From Desulfomonilia bacterium (lineage in GTDB: Bacteria > Desulfobacterota > Desulfomonilia > UBA1062): a stretch of DNA of 64,000 nt. This document shows positions 49,036 through 59,445 of this stretch, in pieces. The notes under the pieces were generated by a model. The model worked only from the letters and a program-made list of their open reading frames with translations, made no database searches and was not told where the DNA came from. A program made the position numbers and the translations under genes. The stretch is from assembly GCA_963664325.2 (NCBI GenBank), contig CAXXDQ010000004.1:96001-160000 (forward strand), in the 5' to 3' direction. Position 1 is the first letter of the stretch; every line of letters starts with the position of its first letter.

Positions 49036-49054
49036 GCCCCGCTGAATGCGGGGC
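49036..49054 (+). terminator. Hairpin between pstS and pstC (partial terminator or mRNA stabiliser)
   Basis: GCCCCGC-tgaat-GCGGGGC. Confidence 0.5.
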
Positions 49055-49084
49055 CCGCAATGACAGAGATGGGAAAGAGAACAA

Positions 49085-49969
49085 ATGAACAGCATCAAAG
49101 AAAGACTGATAAAGCTCATTTTCTCCATACTTGCCCTCTCATCGCTGGTCTTTCTGATAGGCATTATTATCACCCTTTTTAAAGAATCTTATCCATTCTT
49201 CTCTCAGTTCGACTTAATCGCCTCCTTCCTCGGAATCCACTGGTACCCTACAGCGGAACCCCCGGAATTCGGCATGTTTCCGCTCATTTTTGCCTCAATT
49301 GCCGTAACTCTGGGGGCCATGATTGTATGTGTTCCGATCGGAATAGGCACGGCCCTTTACATACATGAAATAGCTGGCCCGAAACAAAGGGCCCTGTTAA
49401 AGCCGGTCATTGAAATTCTTGCAAGTATCCCGTCAATTGTTTACGGCTTCTTCGGAATGCTTATCATTGCGCCCTTTCTTCAGGAACTCCTGAATATTCC
49501 GACTGGGCTCAACGGTTTCACAGCCAGCCTGGTCCTCGGCGTCATGGCAATTCCTACGGTCAGCAGCATATCGGAAGACGCCCTGAGTTTTGTGCCCCGG
49601 AGTTTCAGGGAGGCATCGCTGGCGATCGGAGCCACGCGCTGGCAGACGCTTACCCGCGTTATCCTGCCGGCTGCAGGTTCAGGCATTTCAACGGCAGTAA
49701 TTCTAGGCATGAGCAGGGCGGTCGGTGAAACCATGACGGTCCTGATGGTGGCCGGCGGGGCGGCGGTGATTCCCGGATCAATATTTGACCCGCTGCGCCC
49801 CATGACATCGACCATAGCCGCAGAAATGGGTGAAGCTGCAATAGGAAGCCCGCATTACCATGCGCTTTTTGCGATTGGCCTAATTTTATTTTTTATTACA
49901 CTGATTTTCAACATAATCGCTGAAATAGTAAGCAGAAAATTCAGGCTTAAACTGGGACTCGGAAGATGA
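49085..49969 (+). CDS. pstC: Phosphate ABC transporter permease
   Basis: LASIPSIVYG, REASLAIGATRWQT, SRAVGETM. Confidence 0.95.
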   Translation: MNSIKERLIKLIFSILALSSLVFLIGIIITLFKESYPFFSQFDLIASFLGIHWYPTAEPPEFGMFPLIFASIAVTLGAMIVCVPIGIGTALYIHEIAGPKQRALLKPVIEILASIPSIVYGFFGMLIIAPFLQELLNIPTGLNGFTASLVLGVMAIPTVSSISEDALSFVPRSFREASLAIGATRWQTLTRVILPAAGSGISTAVILGMSRAVGETMTVLMVAGGAAVIPGSIFDPLRPMTSTIAAEMGEAAIGSPHYHALFAIGLILFFITLIFNIIAEIVSRKFRLKLGLGR

Positions 49970-50829
49970 AAAAAATAAGCCCAAGACAGATCACCCAGGG
50001 AGCGGGTTTCACATTAATGTTCCTATGCATAATATTCTGCCTGTTTTTCATGGGCTCAATCATATACTTTATAACCATCAGGGGGATCGGTGTTATTTCC
50101 TGGGAATTTCTTACGGATATACCAAGAAGGGCCATGACAAAAGGCGGCGTTGCCCCGGCCATCGTAGGAACCCTTTACCTGACGCTCGGGTCCATGCTGC
50201 TGGCCTTTCCGCTTGGAATTGCATGCGCGATATACCTTACCGAATATAGCCCCAAAGGGGTAACGGTAAATATTATCAGGCTTTCCATCAACAACCTTGC
50301 AGGAGTGCCGTCGGTTGTGTTCGGGCTTTTCGGGCTTGCCCTGTTTGTAAAAATATTGGGCTTCGGCGTTTCCATCCTGTCGGGAAGCCTGACGCTCGGC
50401 ATCATGGCCCTGCCCGGCATAATTTCGGCCTCCCAGGAGTCGCTCATTGCCGTACCGCAATCTTTCAGGGAGGCATCATTAGCGCTCGGGGCGACACAGT
50501 GGCAGACAATTAAAAAGGTGGTCTTGCCGAGTGCGCTTCCCGGGATATTGACAGGCGTCATCCTGAACATCGGGAGGGTAGCGGGGGAGACAGCTCCAAT
50601 ACTCTTTACCGCAGCCACATTCTTCAACAGGGATTATCCGAACTCGATATTTTCCGAGGTCATGGCCCTGCCATATCACATATATGCACTGATGACGGAA
50701 GGCACCAAACCTGACCTGCAGACCCCGATCGCATACGGGTGCGCACTTGTTCTCCTTGTTCTGGTATTGTCCATCAGTGCCGTTGCAATTGTTATCAGGC
50801 AGAAACAAAGGAGCGGCTATGGAACATGA
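49966..50829 (+). CDS. pstA: Phosphate ABC transporter permease
   Basis: [36 protein letters not shown]. Confidence 0.95.
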   Translation: MKKISPRQITQGAGFTLMFLCIIFCLFFMGSIIYFITIRGIGVISWEFLTDIPRRAMTKGGVAPAIVGTLYLTLGSMLLAFPLGIACAIYLTEYSPKGVTVNIIRLSINNLAGVPSVVFGLFGLALFVKILGFGVSILSGSLTLGIMALPGIISASQESLIAVPQSFREASLALGATQWQTIKKVVLPSALPGILTGVILNIGRVAGETAPILFTAATFFNRDYPNSIFSEVMALPYHIYALMTEGTKPDLQTPIAYGCALVLLVLVLSISAVAIVIRQKQRSGYGT

Positions 50830-51580
50830 AGTTAAGATCAAGGCTTCTAATATCAATTTTTATTATGGAAGGACTCAGGCCCTTACAGATATCAGCATGG
50901 ACATGTACGCCAACAACGTAACAGCCCTTATAGGCCCTTCCGGCTGCGGCAAATCTACGTTCATCAGACTGTTGAACCGCATGAATGATCTAATACCGGG
51001 AACCCGTGTAGAGGGAAGCCTTACCATAGACGGCCAGGACATATATGCCCCCAAGACCGATGTCGTTGAGCTGAGGCGGCAGGTAGGCATGGTATTTCAG
51101 AAACCGAACCCTTTCCCGAAAAGCATATATGAAAATATCGCATACGGCCTGAAGGTAAACGGCATGAGGGACAGGGCCTTTATTGAGAGCAAGGTCGTCG
51201 AGTCGCTGAAAAAAGCGGCCATCTGGGAAGAAGTGAGGGACAGACTGCATACGAGCGCGCTGATGCTTTCCGGAGGGCAGCAGCAGAGGCTCTGCATCGC
51301 AAGATGCCTGGCTGTCGAGCCGGAGGTGATTCTCTTTGATGAACCGTGCGCCAGTCTTGACCCCATCTCGACAAGAAAAATTGAGGAGTTGCTCCTCGAA
51401 CTCAAAAAGGACTACACCATAGCAATAGTGACCCACAATATGCAGCAGGCGGCCAGGGTGTCGGATTACACGGCATTTCTGTACCTGGGCAGCCTGATAG
51501 AATACGGCAACACCACCCAGATGTTTACTGTGCCCAGACAGACCATGACGGAATCATACCTGGCCGGTCAGTTTGGATGA
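50819..51580 (+). CDS. pstB: Phosphate ABC transporter ATPase
   Basis: [33 protein letters not shown]; start at ATG 50819. Confidence 0.96.
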   Translation: MEHEVKIKASNINFYYGRTQALTDISMDMYANNVTALIGPSGCGKSTFIRLLNRMNDLIPGTRVEGSLTIDGQDIYAPKTDVVELRRQVGMVFQKPNPFPKSIYENIAYGLKVNGMRDRAFIESKVVESLKKAAIWEEVRDRLHTSALMLSGGQQQRLCIARCLAVEPEVILFDEPCASLDPISTRKIEELLLELKKDYTIAIVTHNMQQAARVSDYTAFLYLGSLIEYGNTTQMFTVPRQTMTESYLAGQFG

Positions 51581-51601
51581 TGTTACGGAAAGGAGAAAAC
51601 A

Positions 51602-52255
51602 ATGCTTGAAGAAAAAAAGCTTATCGATCTCAGAAAAGAGCTCATCGACAGTGCAGCGCTTGTCGAGACCATGATCGGGAAAAGCATAAAGGGGCTCAGG
51701 GAAAAGAAGGCGGCTATTCTTGAGTCTGTAATCAATGAGGATGAGCCCAGGGCAAATGATTATGAAATTGCAATCGATGAGATGTGCGTTTCGACTATCG
51801 CACAGCATCAGCCGGCAACCAAACCCCTCAGAACGATCCTGATGATACTCAACATATCCACAAACCTCGAACGCATGGCGGACCATGCCGTAACGATTTC
51901 GGAAAGCGCCCTGTTCCTTATCGGTCAGCCGGCTGTAAAACCGCTCCTGGACATTCCCCGGATGGCTGAAGTGACAATATCGATGCTCAAGAATGCAATC
52001 GATTCTTTTGTCAATGAGGATGCAGCGCTGGCCATGGCGGTCTGCGAGAGGGACAGCATCGTCGATGCATTGAGGACACAGATCGTCAGGGAACTTATTT
52101 CCTATATGATAACCGATCCCCTGACCATCGAGCGGGCCCTGCATCTTATGAAGATCGCATCGAACATGGAACGCATAGCCGACCTTGCGACGAATATCTG
52201 CGAAGATGTCATCTATATGGTCGAGGGAAGGAATATAAAACATCATAAGGCGTAA
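51602..52255 (+). CDS. phoU: Phosphate signalling protein PhoU
   Basis: QPA...LR, LERMADHA, ERIADLATNICE. Confidence 0.95.
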   Translation: MLEEKKLIDLRKELIDSAALVETMIGKSIKGLREKKAAILESVINEDEPRANDYEIAIDEMCVSTIAQHQPATKPLRTILMILNISTNLERMADHAVTISESALFLIGQPAVKPLLDIPRMAEVTISMLKNAIDSFVNEDAALAMAVCERDSIVDALRTQIVRELISYMITDPLTIERALHLMKIASNMERIADLATNICEDVIYMVEGRNIKHHKA

Positions 52256-52393
52256 AAAAAGAAAGTGGTGTGTCGTGAGTATTTAGAATCAAAGCCGGAT
52301 TCGCTCAGATAGCGAAGCGTCATTTTTAAACAGGTAATAGAACTTCCCTTTGTTTTTGACACTGAGCCGTTCCTTCCTGTATAAACTTGCCCC

Positions 52394-53008
52394 ATGAACG
52401 ATACTATTCGATATATAGTCCTGATGATTGTGCCCGTGCTGTTCTCGCTCTCGGTACACGAAGTGTGCCACGGTTATGTAGCCTATGCGCTGGGTGACCC
52501 GACGGCAAAAATGCAGGGCCGGCTGACCCTTAACCCGATCAAGCACATAGACATCTTCGGCCTGGCCGTGCTTTTCATCACCCGGATGATAGGCTGGGCA
52601 AAGCCTGTCCCGGTGGACCCTCGCTACTTCAAGAATCCCAGGAAAGACATGCTGTGGGTGGCATTAGCCGGTCCTTCATCAAATCTCGTCCTCGGGCTGA
52701 TCTTTGCATTGCTTTTCAATTATGCCGGGCCTCTGATTACGGGAAGCACCCTTTATCCCTTAAAGATAATGATGGAGATCATGGTCTATATCAATGTCGG
52801 CCTTGCAATATTCAATCTCATCCCGATACCCCCACTTGACGGCGGCAGGGTGATCGTGGGGCTGCTGCCCGAAAAAATGGCAAATTCATGGGCCAGGATT
52901 GAGCCCTACGGATTCATCATTCTCCTCGTGCTTATTTTTACAAGAGTCGTGAACTTCGTTATATTCCCGATTATCCGCGGAATAGTAAATATCTTTTTAT
53001 CTTTATGA
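52394..53008 (+). CDS. Site-2 protease (M50) family protein
   Basis: HEVCH, GDPT, AGP, FNLIPIPPLDG. Confidence 0.92.
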   Translation: MNDTIRYIVLMIVPVLFSLSVHEVCHGYVAYALGDPTAKMQGRLTLNPIKHIDIFGLAVLFITRMIGWAKPVPVDPRYFKNPRKDMLWVALAGPSSNLVLGLIFALLFNYAGPLITGSTLYPLKIMMEIMVYINVGLAIFNLIPIPPLDGGRVIVGLLPEKMANSWARIEPYGFIILLVLIFTRVVNFVIFPIIRGIVNIFLSL

Positions 53009-53018
53009 GGTGAGAGCA

Positions 53019-54008
53019 ATGGATAAACCAAGAATCGTTTCCGGTGTCAGGCCGACAGGCCCGCTTCATCTGGGGCATTATCTCGGGGCGCTTAAAAACT
53101 GGGTATCCCTGCAGGATGATTACCGCTGCCTCTATTTTGTTGCCGACTGGCATGCCCTTACAACCGCATACAAGGACCCCTCGATTATCAGGGAGAGCAC
53201 GGAAGATATGGTCCTTTCCTGGCTCGGCGTCGGCATAGACCCGGAGAAGAGTATTATTTTCAGGCAATCGGATATAAAGGCGCATGCCGAATTTTTCCTG
53301 CTCCTTTCCATGATCACGCCAGTTTCCTGGCTGGAACGCAACCCGACCTACAAGGAGCTGAAGGAGGAGCTGAAGGAAAAAGACCTGGGCACAATCGGGT
53401 TTCTCGGCTATCCCGTACTTCAGGCGGCGGACATAGTCATTTACCATGCCGACAAGGTGCCTATCGGCGAGGATCAGCTCCCCCACCTCGAACTGACGAG
53501 GGAGATCGTGAGGCGCTTCAATTACCTCTACGGCGAGGGCCTTTTGAAGGAACCGCAGCCGATCCTAACGGCAGCGCCACGGGTTCCGGGTCTTGACGGC
53601 AGGAAGATGTCAAAATCGTTCGACAACGCAATCCTCATCAATGACTCGGGCGCAGCGCTCAGGGAAAAGGTCATGCAGATGCTGACAGACATCAAGCGCA
53701 TGAGAAAAAAAGACCCGGGCGAACCCAGGGACTGCAACCTTTTCCCGTTCCACGAGTTTTTTACCGATGCATCGAAACATGACGAGATCAAGGAAGGCTG
53801 CAGGAATGCCACATGGGGCTGCGTGGACTGCAAGAAACTCCTCATCGCCAATATCGAGGCGGAAATGGCGCCAATCTGGGAAAGGATAGAATATTTCAAA
53901 GGCCACAAGCAGCAGGTGCAGAACATCCTGCACGAGGGCGCATCCAAGGCCGGGGCGCTCTCCGCAATCACAATCGAAAAAGTCAGAGCGGCCATGAAGG
54001 TAGCCTGA
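53019..54008 (+). CDS. trpS: Tryptophan--tRNA ligase
   Basis: SGVRPTG.LHLGH, YPVLQAADI, GEDQ, KMSKS; start at ATG 53019 or GTG 53010. Confidence 0.96.
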   Translation: MDKPRIVSGVRPTGPLHLGHYLGALKNWVSLQDDYRCLYFVADWHALTTAYKDPSIIRESTEDMVLSWLGVGIDPEKSIIFRQSDIKAHAEFFLLLSMITPVSWLERNPTYKELKEELKEKDLGTIGFLGYPVLQAADIVIYHADKVPIGEDQLPHLELTREIVRRFNYLYGEGLLKEPQPILTAAPRVPGLDGRKMSKSFDNAILINDSGAALREKVMQMLTDIKRMRKKDPGEPRDCNLFPFHEFFTDASKHDEIKEGCRNATWGCVDCKKLLIANIEAEMAPIWERIEYFKGHKQQVQNILHEGASKAGALSAITIEKVRAAMKVA

Positions 54009-54727
54009 TGGACAGCATTTCAAGTTCGGCCCGCACTGATTTCATCCTCCACCTCGAACGCTTCGAGGGGCCCCTTGACCTTCTGCTTTACCTTATTGAA
54101 AAGAATAAATTCAACATCGAGCAGCTTGAGATCTGTCCGATAGTGGATCAGTACATCGAGCACATCAAAAGGCTCAATTCGCTCAACATCGAACTTGCTG
54201 GTGAATTCCTTGAAATGGCTTCATACCTGATATGGATCAAGTCATGCATCCTGCTCCCCCGTTTTAATGAAGACGGGACCGAAGAAGTAAACCCTGCGCA
54301 GCAGCTTAAAGAGATGCTGCTGGCCTACATGGCGATAAAGGAATCTGCCGGCCTGCTCTCGGAGCGCCCCCAGCTTTTCAGGGACAGGTTTCCCAGGGGC
54401 GTTTCCAGCGAAGAAAGGGATCTGCCCAGGCTGGGCCTTGCCGCCCTGCTCCAGGCAATCGATGCAATCAAGGCCAGGACCAGGCATTATATAATGAAAG
54501 TGAACGTCACCCGTTATCATTTAAGGGACATGATGGCCAGGCTTACGGCCATGCTGAAAAAAAAGGATAAAATCGATCTCAGGGAAGCGGCCAGAACCGA
54601 AGAAAAGGCTGAAATCATATCGCTCTTCATGGCGGCGCTTGAGCTTTCAAAGGCATCCATTGCAAGAATTTCCCAGAATGGCCTTTTTTCAAAGATATTC
54701 ATCATGAGTAAAAGCGGGGCGGCATAA
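54008..54727 (+). CDS. scpA: Segregation and condensation protein A
   Basis: FEGPLDLLL, GEFLEMA, F.A.LEL; start at ATG 54008. Confidence 0.93.
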   Translation: MDSISSSARTDFILHLERFEGPLDLLLYLIEKNKFNIEQLEICPIVDQYIEHIKRLNSLNIELAGEFLEMASYLIWIKSCILLPRFNEDGTEEVNPAQQLKEMLLAYMAIKESAGLLSERPQLFRDRFPRGVSSEERDLPRLGLAALLQAIDAIKARTRHYIMKVNVTRYHLRDMMARLTAMLKKKDKIDLREAARTEEKAEIISLFMAALELSKASIARISQNGLFSKIFIMSKSGAA

Positions 54728-54729
54728 AG

Positions 54730-55323
54730 ATGGCAGCCGCGGACAGGGAAATAATAGAGGCCATTATTTTTTCCTCGGACAGTGCCCTGGGCCTTGAGGA
54801 CATACGTAAGGCCCTGCCGGAAATGACCGGTGAAATACTGGAGAAGCTGGTCTCCGAGTTGAACAATATCTACGGGGAAACAGGCAGGTGCTTCCGAATT
54901 ATAAAGGCTGCAAACGGCTACATGTTCGTAACCATCGAGGGTTTTTCGCCATACCTTAAGGCCCTGCTTTCGCCCAGAAGGCTTTCGCAGGCGGCCTTTG
55001 AGGTGCTGGCCGTCATAGCGTACAAAGGCCCCTGCACAAAACTGGTGATTGACGGGGTGCGCGGGGTTGATTCACAATCGACATTAAAAACTCTTCTAAA
55101 GACCGAACTGATAGACGTCAGGCCGGGCAAACCCATGAAATATGTGACTACCGACCATTTCCTCGAGGTCTTCGGACTCAACTCTCTCAAGGATTTGCCT
55201 GACATGAGCCAGTTCGAGGAGGTCTTTGCCGAAACAGCCGGCAGGATGGACGAGGTCCAGCCCGAGCAGCTTGAAATTAAAAGCACAGAGACAGAAGAAG
55301 ACAGCGCAGAGGAGACGGAATAA
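54730..55323 (+). CDS. scpB: Segregation and condensation protein B
   Basis: EAIIF, LS.AA.EVLA.IAY, RGV, Y.TT..FL..FGL.SL.DLP. Confidence 0.93.
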   Translation: MAAADREIIEAIIFSSDSALGLEDIRKALPEMTGEILEKLVSELNNIYGETGRCFRIIKAANGYMFVTIEGFSPYLKALLSPRRLSQAAFEVLAVIAYKGPCTKLVIDGVRGVDSQSTLKTLLKTELIDVRPGKPMKYVTTDHFLEVFGLNSLKDLPDMSQFEEVFAETAGRMDEVQPEQLEIKSTETEEDSAEETE

Positions 55324-55366
55324 GGACCTCAGCTGTCGGTTGGCCGGAAAACGGCGGGTATACCTT

Positions 55367-56188
55367 ATGAAAACAGGCGGGAGACTTATCCGGGAGATTG
55401 AAGCCACAAAAACGGAATACGGCCAGTGTGCATTCTGGTGGCTCGGCCAGCACGGCTTTGCCGTGAAACTGGGCCATAGGACTATTTATATCGACGCATA
55501 CCTCTCTCCGGGCCGGAAACGGACTGTTGCGCCGATCCTTCATCCCGAAGAAGTAATAAACGCCGACATTGTTCTCGGCTCGCATGACCACATTGACCAT
55601 ATCGACCGTAGATCGTGGCCAAAGATTGCAAAGGCCTCTCCAAACGCCAGGTTCGTAGTCCCGGAGCTTCTTCGGGAGCCGATCGCCTCGGAGCTCGGAA
55701 TTCCGGTTGAGCGTTTTCTCGGGGTGGATAAAGGGATTTCGGTTGAGATCGCCGGGCTGAAGGTGACCGGCGTGCCCGCGGCCCATGAATTCCTGGAGTG
55801 CGACGAAAAGACCGGCCTTCATCATCATATCGGCTTTGTCATCGAGGGAAACGGTTTTTGCCTTTACCATGCGGGCGATACCTGTATCTACGAGGGGATG
55901 CATGCGATTCTCCGCCAATGGGAATTCGACCTCGCCTTTCTGCCCATAAACGGCAGGGACGCCAGGCGTCTTCGTGCAGACTGCATCGGCAACATGACCT
56001 ATCAGGAGGCCGCCGATCTAGCCGGAGCGCTACGACCCGGACTCGTCGTGCCTGCACATTTCGAAATGTTTTTAATGAACTCCGAAGATCCCCGCCTCTT
56101 TGTGGAATACATGCGGGTGAAATATCCCGGCCTTGCCGTTAAGAAGCCATTCCACGGTCGCAGAACCATCGCAAGCGGCAGAAAATAA
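55367..56188 (+). CDS. MBL-fold hydrolase (UlaG-like sugar-acid lactonase family)
   Basis: WWLGQHGF, SHDHIDH, PAAH, YHAGDT, LPING, PAHF. Confidence 0.8.
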   Translation: MKTGGRLIREIEATKTEYGQCAFWWLGQHGFAVKLGHRTIYIDAYLSPGRKRTVAPILHPEEVINADIVLGSHDHIDHIDRRSWPKIAKASPNARFVVPELLREPIASELGIPVERFLGVDKGISVEIAGLKVTGVPAAHEFLECDEKTGLHHHIGFVIEGNGFCLYHAGDTCIYEGMHAILRQWEFDLAFLPINGRDARRLRADCIGNMTYQEAADLAGALRPGLVVPAHFEMFLMNSEDPRLFVEYMRVKYPGLAVKKPFHGRRTIASGRK

Positions 56189-56305
56189 TGTTTCAGGAAA
56201 ACCGTTAACACTCTCACGGTGCTTAACGATCCTGCACATTCATTTGTGGTCCTGCCCGGTCTTTATCGTTGCAGCAACCGATATATAAACCAAGGAAAAT
56301 AATGC

Positions 56306-56348
56306 TTGAGAAAAATCCTTTCTAGCGGTATATTTCAACCGGTTGAAA
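56306..56348 (+). promoter_or_regulatory. Sigma70 promoter with overlapping LacI-type operator
   Basis: TTGAGA-17 nt-TATATT; perfect palindrome TTTCAACCGGTTGAAA at 56333-56348 with central CG. Confidence 0.7.
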
Positions 56349-56349
56349 A

Positions 56350-57333
56350 ATGGAGAAACGTATTACTTTAAAGGATATCGCCAAATCGCTTAATCTGGAC
56401 AAGTCTACAATATCGCTTGCCCTGGCAAAAAGTCCGAAAATTGCGGATAAGACAAGGGATAAAGTCTGGGAAGAGGCCATCCGTCTCGGTTACCGCCCCA
56501 ATCTCGCGGCAAGAAACCTCTCCCTGGGAACGCCCCATACAGTCTGTCTCGTCCTGTCGGAAGAGTTTCGCAGCATTCAGAGCGAGGTCGCGGCACAGAG
56601 CATACGCGCCCTTGCCGGAAAAGCCGTAAAGGCCGGGGTCCTTTTCCAGGTCATATCGAGCAGCAACATTCTCCGTCTCTTTCGGAAAGATTCCGGTTAC
56701 CCGGCCATGCCGGACGGGCTTCTTCTTTGGGGTGACGTTCCCGCAAAAGATGCTGCTGAGTTGGAGAATTCCGGACCGCCGGTCGTTATTCTCGATCCGA
56801 ACCACATCTCCTACGGCAAATGGACTGGCGCCTCGGTCTGGGTGGACAACGCAGGCGGTGCGGCAGCGGTGACCCGGCATCTCATTAAGCGTAATGTGAG
56901 GCGCCTTCTTTTCGTGCAGACGCAGCGTCAACACTTGGGTCATATCGAGCGCAGAGAGGCGGCCTGCAAATCCTGGCGTTCAGTACGGTCAGCAGGCACC
57001 TTTTCATCCTGCTTTCTCGACGAAGTCACGGAAACCGGAATCAGGGAATTTGCATCTGAAGCGGACGGCGCAATCTTCTGCTCCAACGACGAAGGCGCGC
57101 TTCACATATGGCAGAAGCTCCTGCGCAACGGGTTTTCCATACCGGGGCAGGTAAAACTCGCGGGATTCGACGGCACCCTGGCAGCCGAGGCCATCGGCCT
57201 AACCACGGCGGTCTTTGACGGGTCGGCCCTGGCGAAGGAGGGTATGGAGATTCTTTTTGATAAAATGACCGGCCGTCAGACAAAGAGCCGGTCAAAGATA
57301 CCGGCGCGTCTGCGCGCCGGGACCACGACATGA
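56350..57333 (+). CDS. LacI family transcriptional regulator
   Basis: TLKDIAK...STISLAL, LGYRPNLAARNL, VDN, NDEGA, GFDG, LTT. Confidence 0.92.
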   Translation: MEKRITLKDIAKSLNLDKSTISLALAKSPKIADKTRDKVWEEAIRLGYRPNLAARNLSLGTPHTVCLVLSEEFRSIQSEVAAQSIRALAGKAVKAGVLFQVISSSNILRLFRKDSGYPAMPDGLLLWGDVPAKDAAELENSGPPVVILDPNHISYGKWTGASVWVDNAGGAAAVTRHLIKRNVRRLLFVQTQRQHLGHIERREAACKSWRSVRSAGTFSSCFLDEVTETGIREFASEADGAIFCSNDEGALHIWQKLLRNGFSIPGQVKLAGFDGTLAAEAIGLTTAVFDGSALAKEGMEILFDKMTGRQTKSRSKIPARLRAGTTT

Positions 57334-57345
57334 GGAGAGAAAGAG

Positions 57346-58377
57346 ATGCTTGCAGCCGTATTGAAGAATTTCGACAAGCTGGTCCTGGAAGAAATTCCCA
57401 TGCCACGGCCGGATACGGGTGAGGTTGTGGTGCGGATCAAAAGTTGCGGTTTCTGCGCCACGGATTACAAGGCGATCAAAGGCATCCGCCGGAACGTGAA
57501 TTTTCCGTTGATCCCCGGTCATGAGCCTTCAGGGGTGGTGACCGATGTGGGGCCCGGGGTCTCGGAGTTCAAGGATGGCGATGAGGTAATCTGCATGCCG
57601 TCTGTCTATTGCGGAGTCTGCAGACACTGCCGTGTGGGTAATACGCACTATTGCGAAAAGGCCTATACGACCGGCGGAGACGGGATTAAGGATGTGCGGC
57701 CCGGGGCCTTTGCGGAATACATGAAGACCGGCGCCTTTGCCCTCTTTCGTAAACCGGCCGGAATAACCTTCGATGCCGGAGCATTGACCGAGCCTCTGGC
57801 CGGGGCATGGAAAGGGCTCATCCAATACAGCGAAATGAAGGTCGGCGATAACGTAGTGATCATTGGTGTCGGCGGCATAGGTCTCTTATGCCTGATGGTG
57901 GCAAGGGCGGCCGGGGCGGGCAGACTCATTGCGATCGATCCGAGCGATTATGCCCGCCGGAACGCTGTAGCCCTGGGAGCGACACATACGATCGACCCAT
58001 CCGGTTGTGACCCTGTCAAATCCGTCTATGAAATCATGCCGGACGGACCGGATCTCGTTGTGGAAGCAGCAGGCCCGATCGGGGCGGTTGAGCTTGCCAG
58101 AGACCTGCGCCGCCGGGGCACCAGATGGAATGTCTTCGGCATCACCACGCATGAGAAATTCTGGATGGACGGGTGCGACGCGCATTTTATGGAAGGCCGT
58201 ATGGATGCCAGTTTCGGCTGCACCTCCATCGGCATGCAGAACGCCATCCGGCTCATGGAGCGCGGCGTCGTCGATCCGGAGAAAATCATCTCGCACCGTT
58301 TCCCCCTTTCGGAGATTCATAAGGCCGTTGAAATCATGGGCCGGCCGGAACGGAACAAGGTCATCATCAACCCCTGA
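57346..58377 (+). CDS. Zn-dependent (MDR) sugar/polyol dehydrogenase
   Basis: GFCATD, GHE, CGVCRHC...C, GVGGIG. Confidence 0.88.
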   Translation: MLAAVLKNFDKLVLEEIPMPRPDTGEVVVRIKSCGFCATDYKAIKGIRRNVNFPLIPGHEPSGVVTDVGPGVSEFKDGDEVICMPSVYCGVCRHCRVGNTHYCEKAYTTGGDGIKDVRPGAFAEYMKTGAFALFRKPAGITFDAGALTEPLAGAWKGLIQYSEMKVGDNVVIIGVGGIGLLCLMVARAAGAGRLIAIDPSDYARRNAVALGATHTIDPSGCDPVKSVYEIMPDGPDLVVEAAGPIGAVELARDLRRRGTRWNVFGITTHEKFWMDGCDAHFMEGRMDASFGCTSIGMQNAIRLMERGVVDPEKIISHRFPLSEIHKAVEIMGRPERNKVIINP

Positions 58378-58398
58378 ATTGAATAAGACATCGGATAA

Positions 58399-59391
58399 AT
58401 GAACATGCCCGGAACAGAGGAATCGATGAAAGCCATAGTGAACACAGGACCGGGAAGGGTCGAGTGGAAAGAATTGCCCAAACCCGAACCGGGCCCCGGC
58501 GAGGTCAGGATCAGGACCGTATTCTGCGGCATCTGTGCAACCGATCTGGTGATGATCGGGGGATGGGCAAGAACGGGGTATCCGGCGATCCCTGGACATG
58601 AATGGTCGGGGATAATCGATGCAGCCGGAGATGGAGTCGGACAAGGCGTTATCGGCTGTCCCTGCGTTTCCGAAAATGTCCTTTCCGATGGTGGCGAGGT
58701 GGGATTCGAACATTCCGGCGGTTATGGAGAATATTTCCTCACGGAGGCTGATAATATCCGGCTGTTGCCTGAGGATTTCCCTCTTGATGCTGCCGCCCTC
58801 ATCGAACCGCTTGCGGTCTGTGTCCGAGGGCTTAAGCGGCTGAGGATCGAGGATAAGAGCTCCGCCCTCGTAATAGGCGACGGGCCGATAGGCCTTATCT
58901 TCACTTCGCTTCTCGAAACTCAAAACCTGCTGGAGACGGTCTGTGCAGGAGGCCGTCCGGCACGTCTGGAATTGGCGCGGCATCTCGGTGCGGCGCGGAC
59001 AGTAAATTATCATGAGGCCGTAAATGGCGTTTCGGATGCAACCGGGAAAGGGGCTTTCCATTATGTAATCGAGGCAAGCGGAACACTACCCGGAATGAAG
59101 ACGGCCTTTGAATGTGCCGCTAAAGGCGGCAAAATCCTTGTGATCGGGGATTATGGCAAACATCTGGCTGACTTTGCATGGAACATACTGCTTCACAACG
59201 AACTTCACGTCATCGGCTCAAACGCAAGCCAGGGCGCGTGGGACGAGGCGGTCAGGCTTGCAGCGAACGGAAGGGTTCCGCTGAAGCGGCTGATTTCAGC
59301 GGTCTTTCCGGCGCCTGATTTCAAGGAGGCGCTTCATATGGCAAAAGAGTCAAGGGAGGCGGTAAAGGTCATCCTTAAATGGCGGGATTAA
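58399..59391 (+). CDS. MDR dehydrogenase lacking the structural Zn lobe
   Basis: GICATD, GHE, EPLA, GDGPIG; no CxxCxxC cluster; start may be ATG 58426. Confidence 0.82.
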   Translation: MNMPGTEESMKAIVNTGPGRVEWKELPKPEPGPGEVRIRTVFCGICATDLVMIGGWARTGYPAIPGHEWSGIIDAAGDGVGQGVIGCPCVSENVLSDGGEVGFEHSGGYGEYFLTEADNIRLLPEDFPLDAAALIEPLAVCVRGLKRLRIEDKSSALVIGDGPIGLIFTSLLETQNLLETVCAGGRPARLELARHLGAARTVNYHEAVNGVSDATGKGAFHYVIEASGTLPGMKTAFECAAKGGKILVIGDYGKHLADFAWNILLHNELHVIGSNASQGAWDEAVRLAANGRVPLKRLISAVFPAPDFKEALHMAKESREAVKVILKWRD

Positions 59392-59445
59392 TAAGATGGA
59401 GAACATCAGGAAAGATGTGACCGGAATAATTTTCAGGAGGGATAT

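Noticed and set aside
57886-59061. 391-aa minus-strand ORF (similar shadows at 42075-42848, 43783-44406, 51554-52246, 55277-55918)
   Set aside because: Antisense to well-supported genes; explained by codon bias
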